Shown in pieces: positions 56,651 to 64,000 of a stretch of DNA of 64,000 bases (position 1 is its first letter; every line of letters starts with the position of its first letter). Source of the DNA: an uncultured Solirubrobacterales bacterium (lineage in GTDB: Bacteria > Actinomycetota > Thermoleophilia > Solirubrobacterales > Solirubrobacteraceae). A program made the translations under genes and the position numbers. Under the pieces are notes generated by a model. The model saw nothing but the letters and a program-made list of their open reading frames with translations. It was not told the DNA's origin and searched no databases. Where the stretch lies: the NCBI GenBank assembly GCA_963806475.1, contig CAWDYK010000013.1, positions 211,905 to 275,904 of the forward strand, given 5' to 3'.

Positions 56651-57332
56651 GCTGAGGTAGGGCCTCGGCGAGGTGCCTTGTGGTCCTTTTCCGAGACCCC
56701 CCTCCCGAACCCGGCGTGACCATTTCTGATCACCGGGCTCTCCAGTGACTACTCCGTGTTTGTTCACGGAAGACACTCAATACCGTTTCGGCGTTCTGCA
56801 TTACGCATACCTCCCGGTTCTCGGATGTCCAGTCACCTGTGCTCCTTCGCCCTGTGGACGGCTTTCCCGTCCTCCTTGGTGCGGCGTGAATCGCACGACT
56901 ACTATGGGCACTCCGTCACCCTGGGACTCGCGCCCCGAGGGTTGATCCCGCGTTCGTCCCTGTCGTACGTCCGAGCGTGACTTAGGCGTCCGACTCATCT
57001 CCTTAATTGCCCTCACTGGGCAACGCTCCACGCTCCAAAGGTTGCAGCGACCTTTCTACGATGCCGCCGCAGAGCATGGCGCCGGTCTCGGGTGCCTTTC
57101 CGACGGACGGGCCTTTGCGTCTTCTGGAGATTCGGCTTCAGGCAATCCAGCTTTCGCCATATCACGCGGGTCCCACGACACCCCGGCCCTGACACCTGGG
57201 CCGACCGCCGTTTTGCTGGCATGCGCTTGTTCCGTTCACCTCTCGGATCCGGGTAAGCCATCAGACCCACGAACCTTCCTTCGAGTTCGTCCCGGCTGCG
57301 CCGGGGATACAACAGGGCGCCTCGCGGCGCAT
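56651..57332 (-). mobile_element. ORF-less group II intron, copy 2
   Basis: 682 nt; only one substitution versus copy 1 noticed by eye (GGAGGAC vs GGAAGAC). Confidence 0.9.
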
Positions 57333-57490
57333 TAGAAGTACGCCTTGATCGTCGCCGGGGAGCGACCGAGCCGGTCAGCGATCTGTCGGATCGAGAGGCC
57401 CTCGAACTCGCGGTAGTGCTGCGCCAGGGCGACCGCCCGGCGCCGCTCAAGAACCCGATCGGGAACTGCGGCTAGCGCCTTGCTGGTCAC
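57333..57490 (-). pseudogene. 5' half (HTH) of gene A
   Basis: GTG MTSKALAAVPDRVLERRRAVALAQHYREFEGLSIRQIADRLGRSPATIKAYF(Y). Confidence 0.85.
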
Positions 57491-57697
57491 GCCCGATCAC
57501 GCTACCTCGGCAGCTTGGTGTTTTCGCCAAGGTCAGCGAGCTCCCGCGTGCGCGGGGCCTGGACCTCCTACTCGCACAGAGGAGGCATTGGTCGCTTGCC
57601 GACCTCAGATCTGCGCCCTGATCTTTGCGAGCTTCTGGGTCCGTCGTGGGCGCGCGGATGCCGCTGTCGCGGATGTGTAGAACGCTGCGGCCGTGAG

Positions 57698-57961
57698 TCA
57701 TGGAGAAGGACAGGTCGAGGTTTGCGGAGGTTTCGCGGCTGAGACGGGCGCGTCGGTGGTGCGGAGTTCGGTGATGACGGCGCCGATGTCGCGCAGCCCG
57801 GCGAACAGACCGTGGAGCTGTGCTTGGTCGGCGATCTGAGTGGTGATGGTGGTCGTGCCGTCGTGGTTGCGGGTCATTTCGAGCTCGCCGAGCCAGGCCG
57901 ACCAGTGGTCGTCAAGGTGGCCGTCGACGCGGATCGCGTATGTCTTGGGGGCGGTGTTCAT
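57698..57961 (-). CDS. Small conserved-looking hypothetical protein
   Basis: YAIRVDGHLDDHWSAWL...DQAQLHGL..LRDIG. Confidence 0.75.
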   Translation of the reverse strand: MNTAPKTYAIRVDGHLDDHWSAWLGELEMTRNHDGTTTITTQIADQAQLHGLFAGLRDIGAVITELRTTDAPVSAAKPPQTSTCPSP

Positions 57962-58099
57962 GGGAGTGCTTGGGCGGTTGAGGATTTGTGGGAGTGCGGG
58001 GCGGTGACGGTGGCGAGGTCGTGAACCGCGACCGGCACCCGGCCCGCACGGTGGTGCCAGGCCGGGTGCCGGGGAACGGCACGGATGGGAGGAGGTCGC

Positions 58100-58786
58100 C
58101 TACCGGGTCGCCGCCTGCGCGACTCGGATGGTGGCGGGAGCCGCGACGGTGTCGGCTTGGCGGTGCTGATCGCGCCACAGCGAGACGCCGAGGCCGATCA
58201 GCGCGACGCCGGTGGGCACCGCGAACGGGCGGCTGAAGGACAGCGGCAGCGCGGCCAGCGCGAGCGCGGAAACGGTGCCGTAGGCGAACAGGGCGGAGGC
58301 CCAGCGGGACAGGATGCCGGCGCGGAACAGCGCGATCCCGAACAGCACACCGCCGACGGAGTAACCGATGCCGGCGAGGAACAGGCCCTGCCACGCTCCG
58401 ATGCCGCTGCTGTCGCCGTGAGCCATCGCCCCGTTGAGGACGTGCTGGACGTACATGGGCTTCGCGTGGGCGAGGGTCGGGAGGTAGTAGCCGATGAGGC
58501 ATTCCTGGACGAGCATGGCGAGGAAGCCGACGCTCACCAGCGCGTAGCCGGCGCGCCCGAGGCGGCCGAGGTGGCCGCGATGACGGAGGAACATGCCGGC
58601 GAAGCCGACAAGCGTGAGGGCGCAAAACAGAGCCTTCGCGGTCTGGCGGATCGTCATCTCGGTCGTGACGAGGTGAGCGACGTCGGCCGGCGGGTGGTTG
58701 ATCTGGACGCCGGCGAAGATCGCGCCGCCGATCGCGGCACACGGGCCGGCGATGGCGATGAGGCGGTGGGTGGTGGTGGTGCTCAC
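58100..58786 (-). CDS. Multi-pass membrane protein
   Basis: 228 aa, several hydrophobic segments, AAAGGAG RBS. Confidence 0.75.
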   Translation of the reverse strand: MSTTTTHRLIAIAGPCAAIGGAIFAGVQINHPPADVAHLVTTEMTIRQTAKALFCALTLVGFAGMFLRHRGHLGRLGRAGYALVSVGFLAMLVQECLIGYYLPTLAHAKPMYVQHVLNGAMAHGDSSGIGAWQGLFLAGIGYSVGGVLFGIALFRAGILSRWASALFAYGTVSALALAALPLSFSRPFAVPTGVALIGLGVSLWRDQHRQADTVAAPATIRVAQAATR

Positions 58787-58908
58787 GTCGGCTCCTTTGT
58801 CTCTGTGCCGGGCGGGGTGTCCGGCGATGTCGACAACTTAGGAATCGATGTGGTGAGCGCACATCACACGATGATGTGATTGAGGGTTGTGATTCGGCGG
58901 CGCAGCGG

Positions 58909-59370
58909 TCAGAGAACGCCCAGGTCCGTGGCCCGACGTACCGCGGCTCGGCGGGTGTTGACGTCGAGCTTTTGGAAGATGTGCTTGGTGTGGGTGCGCA
59001 GCGTGTTCAGCGAGATGTACAGGTGTCCCGCGATCTCGGGCCCGCTGAGCTCGGTCGCCAGCAGGCGCAGCACGTCGCGCTCGCGCCCGCTGAGCTCATC
59101 GTCGGTTGCGCGTCCGGTGGGTGCGCGTGCGGGCGTTCGCTGCGCGGCAGCCAAAAGCTGCTGGGCGTGCGCCTGTGCGTCGTGCGGCCCGGCCCGGGCG
59201 ACCTGCCCGAGCAAGTCCAGCATCGGCTGTCCCTCGTCGAGGAACAGCCGCCGGTAGCCGCCCGGCATCCCGTCGGTGAGAGCGCGGGACAGGTCGGTCG
59301 CGGCCGACTCGGCGTCGCTGTTCGAGTGGTGTGCGAGCGCCCGCAGCATGCGCGCCTCGATCAGGCGCCT
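58909..59370 (-). pseudogene. C-terminal fragment of a MalT-like LuxR regulator
   Basis: RLFLDEG, LSGRERDVL..SGPEIA..SLNTLRTH; N-terminus absent. Confidence 0.8.
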
Positions 59371-59541
59371 GATGCGTCGCCCGTCACATCCGGCACGCTA
59401 CCTCGCTCAATTGGCGTTTCCCGACGAGGTCGGCACGCAAGTGCGGAGCGCCGGCTTGCGTAGACTGGTCCGCCTCGCGACTCTCGCCCCCCCGCGGAGT
59501 TCCCGGTACGGAAGCGGGCGACCGAGTGGATGGGCTCTCGG

Positions 59542-59775
59542 TCAGGACAGGCGGGAATCTTCGAGGTCGAGTTCGTGCTCGATGCGCCGCATTGACTCTG
59601 CTGAGACCTCACTGCGCCGGCGAAGGTCGGCTAGGCGTCTGCGTTCCACCGAGATCAATTCCCGTCGGAGTTCGCGGAGCTGTCGCGCGGTGGCGGCGTC
59701 GTCGCCGTCGGCGGCGCCCCCGTCGACCTCGGGCGGCGCGTGGCCGGGACCTCGACAGCTCAGTGGGCGTGACAA
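59542..59775 (-). pseudogene. C-terminal fragment of an Na+/H+ antiporter
   Basis: LRRELISVERRRL..RRIEHELDLEDSRL tail. Confidence 0.6.
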
Positions 59776-59834
59776 TTGACCTCGGGCCGCGCCGCAACGT
59801 GTTGCGATGTCGCTGCGCTCAGCAGCGAGCTGCG

Positions 59835-60592
59835 TCAGGGCTCACGCGGGAACAGATTCGAGGCTCCGGTTGAAGTGACGGTGCGCGCTGATCGCCTCGG
59901 CAAGCGCAGCGCGAACTGCTCGAGGTCGCCGGTCCCGGGCGAGGTGAGCGTGATGACCCCGGCCTCGGCGACCAGGCCGTTGTCGGAGAGCTCGACGTCG
60001 TTCAGTGGCGCCTCGCGCAGCAGCTCGACCCCGTCGCCGATCGCGGCCACTGGCTTGGCGTGCTTGAACGCCTCGCGAGGTAGCGCATCGCGCCACCGTT
60101 CTGCCGGAGCGTCCTCACGCTTTGCCCGCCACCGGCAACCAGCACCGCGTCGTAGAGCACGGACGCCATCGTCTGGACGGGCCGGTCGACGTGCACGCCG
60201 CCCTCAAGCTCGCCGGCGTGAGGAGCGAGGATGTCGCAGACCGCGCCTGCTCGCGCAGCCGGTCGAGCACCGGCCGCAGCGACCCAGCGTCCACTCCGTC
60301 GGCGGCGAGCACGGCGACCTTCCGGGTGGCCGCGCTCCCCGGCTGCACGGCTGTGATAGCGCTGGTGAGCTTCGCCCGTGATTCGGCTCGGCCTCGCCCG
60401 GGGGCAGGCCCAGCCCTTCGGCGACGTCGGATGCGAGCTGGTGGTCGACGTGCGCGAGGTTCTTCACGACGCGCACGCGGAGCCCGGTGCGCTCGACCTT
60501 CCCCTGCTCGAACTGGAACGCCTCGGTGACGTGCGTCTTCTCCCAGTCGGTCATCGAGTTCCAGAACAGCGTCGCCTGGCTGTAGAAGTCCT
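59835..60592 (-). pseudogene. katE: Catalase HPII C-terminal fragment
   Basis: DFYSQATLFWNSMTDWEK, SPALS, RKVAVLAADG, SVLYDAV, EAFKHAK. Confidence 0.8.
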
Positions 60593-61296
60593 TGAGAGGC
60601 TCCGAGCACTTGCGGATTTTGTGCCCGTCGCAACCCGCACACCAAATCGCCGCGGCGATCGCGATCGCCGCGTTCGCCGGTTACTCCTGGATCCTCCAGT
60701 GGCGCTGGCCGCTCAAGGAGCGCGACGAAGCGCACACCGTCGGGTCGGTCTGGGCTGCGCTGACCGTCTCGTTCGATTTCGCATTCGGGCGGCTCGTCGC
60801 CACGAAGCCATGGTCCCACTCACGTCTGATCCGGCATACCTCGCCGTATGTCATGGCACTGACAACAACCGCAGGCAGTGGATGGTCGGCGCGCTACGTT
60901 TAGAAGGTGCAGGCCTCAGGTGTCAATGAGGCAGGGGACAGTTGCACGAACGATCGCCGTCGCGCGTCGGAGCGCGCTCGTGCGGGCCGCGAATCTCGAG
61001 GCGTGCTCTCTGCCGGAGCGGGTCGGACCCTCCCGTTGGTCGGATTGGGCCCCTTCGCGACGCAGCCGACATGGTGAGTTGGCGGGGGCACAGCCCGCGC
61101 TCCGCTCGTGCGGTCTCGCGTTTGAACGGGCCCCGCTTGCTGCCTCTCGTCGGCGTGCACCGTGGTTCCCGATCGCCATTAGCGGTCACGCAACTGGAGC
61201 TCGTCGCTCAGCGCGCCAGCCCCACGATCAGCAGACCCTGGGCCGGACTGAGCCGGTGCCGGCGGCCTGCGCCAGCATCCCGACCAGGAGGTCAAT

Positions 61297-62007
61297 ATGA
61301 AGACGACTCCCGTAACTGAGAACCTGATCGCGCTGACGCGTTTGCGGTTCGTGAACGCCTATCTCGTTCGCGAGGACGACGGATCTACGCTGGCTGACAC
61401 GACAACGGGCGGTGGCGCGGAGGTGATCATCGCCGCGGCTGAGCGCGAGGGTGCAGCGATCCGGCGGATCGCGCTCACCCACGGCCATGGCGACCACGTG
61501 GGATCGCTCGATGCGCTCAAGGACCGGCTGTCGGATTCGGTGCAGGTGCTGATGCCCGAGCTTGATGCGCGCATCCATGCGGGCGAGAGGGTGGTCGACG
61601 GCAAGCTTCCGGGCGCGTGGCCGAGGCTGCGAACCGTGCCGGACGTGCGGCTCGCCGCGGGGGACCGCGTGGGCAGCCTGGAGGTCGTGCCGACCCCCGG
61701 CCACACCCCCGGGCATGTCGCCTTCCTGGACACTCGCGATGGCGCGCTGGTCGCCGGGGACACGTTCACCTCCTACGGTCGGCTGGCGGTCGCGAGCCAC
61801 TTCTACCCGCGTTTTCCGCTGGCTGCGATGGCCACATGGAACAAAGTGAAGGTCCTCGAGTCCGCCCGGCGCCTGCGCTCGCTCGATCCGAGCGTGCTCG
61901 TCGTCGGACATGGCCCTGGGGTCCGCAATCCTGCTGCGGCGATGGATCGAGCGATCGTCCGTGCAGGGGGGGCGCCCGCACCAGTGCTGGTGCAACGGCG
62001 GGCTTGA
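61297..62007 (+). CDS. MBL-fold hydrolase
   Basis: THGHGDHVG, TPGHTPGH, AGD, VGHG; AGGAGG RBS. Confidence 0.9.
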   Translation: MKTTPVTENLIALTRLRFVNAYLVREDDGSTLADTTTGGGAEVIIAAAEREGAAIRRIALTHGHGDHVGSLDALKDRLSDSVQVLMPELDARIHAGERVVDGKLPGAWPRLRTVPDVRLAAGDRVGSLEVVPTPGHTPGHVAFLDTRDGALVAGDTFTSYGRLAVASHFYPRFPLAAMATWNKVKVLESARRLRSLDPSVLVVGHGPGVRNPAAAMDRAIVRAGGAPAPVLVQRRA

Positions 62008-62027
62008 GGGGACGGAAAGGAGCGAGC

Positions 62028-62354
62028 ATGTACGTGGTCCGGCTGGTCTGTCGACCGCTTGGCTACCTCGCGTTCGTGTGCGCGCTGTGCGCGCTGTCCG
62101 CGGCCGCGCGGTTGCTCGGCGAGACGCACGAGCTCGGCTACTTCTGCGGCCGGCTCTCACAAGCGGTGTGGCGCTATCCGGAGATCACCCGGCGCGGCGT
62201 CCAGCTGGCATGGGTGACCTGGGCCGTCCTGTTCGGCGTTGCCGCGAGCCCGATCGATCCGCTGGCTACGCGGTGGGACGCGGTCGCGCTTGCGGCGCTG
62301 GCCGCGGCCGTGCTCTGGCGCCGGCTCTTCGACGGGCGCCGAGCCGGGCGTTGA
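62028..62354 (+). CDS. Small membrane protein
   Basis: AAGGAG RBS, hydrophobic segments. Confidence 0.55.
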   Translation: MYVVRLVCRPLGYLAFVCALCALSAAARLLGETHELGYFCGRLSQAVWRYPEITRRGVQLAWVTWAVLFGVAASPIDPLATRWDAVALAALAAAVLWRRLFDGRRAGR

Positions 62355-62649
62355 GGTTCTCGAGCGCGTGCTCGAGGCCGACGACCTCGGGATCGAGTTC
62401 GCGCATGGCCGCGGCGAGGCGGTACTCGGCGAAATGCTCGGGCTCCATCTCGCACGCCCGGGCGATCAGCTCCATCGCCCGCAGGGAGGGCTTCTCGCGG
62501 CCGTTGACGAGCATGTTGATGTGGGCGTGGGTGAGCCCACGGGCGTCCTGCTCACGCGTCGCCTGGGCAAGGGCGCGATAGGTCATCCCGCGCGCCTGCA
62601 TGAGTGCGCGCACCGTGTCACCGAATGGCTTGTTACTCGGGGGGGTCAT
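62266..62649 (-). CDS. XRE-family HTH regulator
   Basis: ARGMTYRALA..HINMLVNGREKPS. Confidence 0.8.
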   Translation of the reverse strand: MTPPSNKPFGDTVRALMQARGMTYRALAQATREQDARGLTHAHINMLVNGREKPSLRAMELIARACEMEPEHFAEYRLAAAMRELDPEVVGLEHALENLNARLGARRRAGARARPRPAPQARPRPTA

Positions 62650-62894
62650 GCGTTTCTCGCGGTTGGTCAGCCTCTCGGCTTTCGCACTTTTGAGGTTGTG
62701 AGCGGGATGCGGACGCGGCCGGGATGGGGCCATGTTGGGGGCGGTCGTTGTGAGCGGTCTGGGCGGCTGAGTGGGCGCGCCGCGGAGGTGCGGGGAAGGA
62801 GCATCGGCGGCTTCCTCGAAGCGGTGGGTTGTTCAAGACCATTTCCGCGTCGGGTGGGAGGCCCGTTCGCGGCCGCCCATGGGGGTTGCCGCCG

Positions 62895-64000
62895 ATGCTC
62901 TGCGTCCCATCTTCGCTGGATGAGCTTCTGCTCCTGTTCGCGCCATGTTTTTCTCGCCCGACGTTTCAGACGTTCAGGGCGATGGTTGTTGGCCAGATCT
63001 CGCAGACGTCGCTGCGTACCGTCTGCGGGATGCTGGTCGGTTCGAGGCTCTCCGGGGTCTGGCATCACGCCCGCGCGCACCGGTTCTTCAGTTGGGCGGC
63101 CTGGTCGGTCGATGAGCTTGGGTGCAGGGTCGCGGAGCTGATCGTCGAGCGGCTGCTCGGGCCGCAGGAGCCGCTCGTAGTGCCGGTCGATGACACGTTG
63201 ACCAAGCGACGGGGGCGCAAGGTGTTCGGCTGCTTCTGGCATCACGACGCGACCGCTAACAGCCACAAGGGATCGGTCGCGTGGGGCAACAACTGGGTCA
63301 CCGCCGGGATCAACGTCAAGCTGCCGTTCCTGAAGCGGACCGTCTGTCTGTTGGTGCTGTCGCGCCTCTGGCTCCCGCGCCGCAAGGAGATCCCGAAGGG
63401 CAAGAGCGACCCGGAACGCCCCTCAAAGCCCCAGCTGGCAAGCGAGATGCTGTGCCTGCTCGCCAAGCAGTTCCCGGCTCGCAAGATCCACGGCGTCGGC
63501 GACGCCGCCTACGCCTCGGGCACGTTCGCGGGCCTGCCGGAGAACGTGACCATCACCTCCCGACTGCGCTCAGACGCTGCTCTGAATCAGCTGGCCCCGC
63601 CCCGACCGCCCAAAGGGCAGCGCAAGCAGGGCCGGCCGCCGGAGAAGGGACCACAGCTACCGAAGCTTGATCAGATCGCGACCGACCCAGCCACCCAATG
63701 GGTCAAGACGACCGTCTGCCGCTACGGCAAGACCGAGCAAGTGATGGCCCACGCGTTCCAATGCCTGTGGTACAAGGCGTTCGGCTCCCAGCCCGTCCAG
63801 GTGGTGCTGATCCAGGACATCACCAAGCCCTCCGGCTACGAGCTGGCGCTGATCTCAACCGACCTGCAGGCGAGCGCTGCGCAACTGATCGAACGCTACG
63901 CCGAGCGTTGGCCGACTGAGGTCGCCTACGAGGAAGGCAAGGAGCTGGCAGGCGTCGGCGAGGCCCGCAACCGTACCGAGAAAGCCGTCCAGCGAACCGT
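62895..64000 (+). mobile_element. IS701-like DDE transposase (frameshifted, truncated by window end)
   Basis: PVDDTL.KRRGRKV, WGNNWV, VGDAAY, RYAERWPTEVAYEEGK. Confidence 0.82.

Larger units (their letters stand above)
28813..64000. mobile_element. tRNA-Val-associated genomic island (tyrosine integrase); right end not seen
   Basis: Integrase and excisionase next to the tRNA, followed by accessory cargo and IS elements; no tRNA 3' repeat spotted by eye. Confidence 0.75.

Noticed and set aside
53825-57332. 682-bp repeats read as flanks of a composite transposon around the transposase
   Set aside because: The IS has its own TIRs and TSD, and the repeats carry group II domains V/VI and an EBS loop
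1-64000. Many long antisense and alternate-frame ORFs; CRISPR or defence systems
   Set aside because: Shadow ORFs typical of high-GC DNA; no repeat-spacer array or cas/RT gene recognised

Overview
High-GC actinobacterial DNA; gene content and a large Alu-domain SRP RNA suggest Thermoleophilia/Solirubrobacterales (inference). 1-28.7 kb is mostly core chromosome: lon/hsp20, mdh, icd, sdhAB plus a CCG subunit, rnhA, asd-lysC, recR-ybaB-dnaX, ffs. A genomic island starts at tRNA-Val(CAC) (28741-28812) and runs past the window end. It carries a sigma-like gene, a tyrosine integrase and an excisionase. Main finding: a nested landing-pad system. An HTH/Zn-finger gene upstream of xis-int is split at its YFY-[D/G]PTGEK motif by a ~24 kb large-serine-recombinase element (about 32773-56644); attP and attB can be rebuilt from the junctions. 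That element carries a large arsenic-resistance cluster and, just inside one end, a paralog of the gene it disrupted. Both paralogs are interrupted at the same Tyr codon by near-identical 682-nt ORF-less group II introns. The introns have non-canonical termini, and their EBS1/delta loop is complementary to the att-site codons. One paralog also has an ISKra4 element inserted at the 5' splice site. Many genes, including asd, carry single-base frameshifts, probably partly assembly errors. All family assignments come from motif recognition, not database searches.
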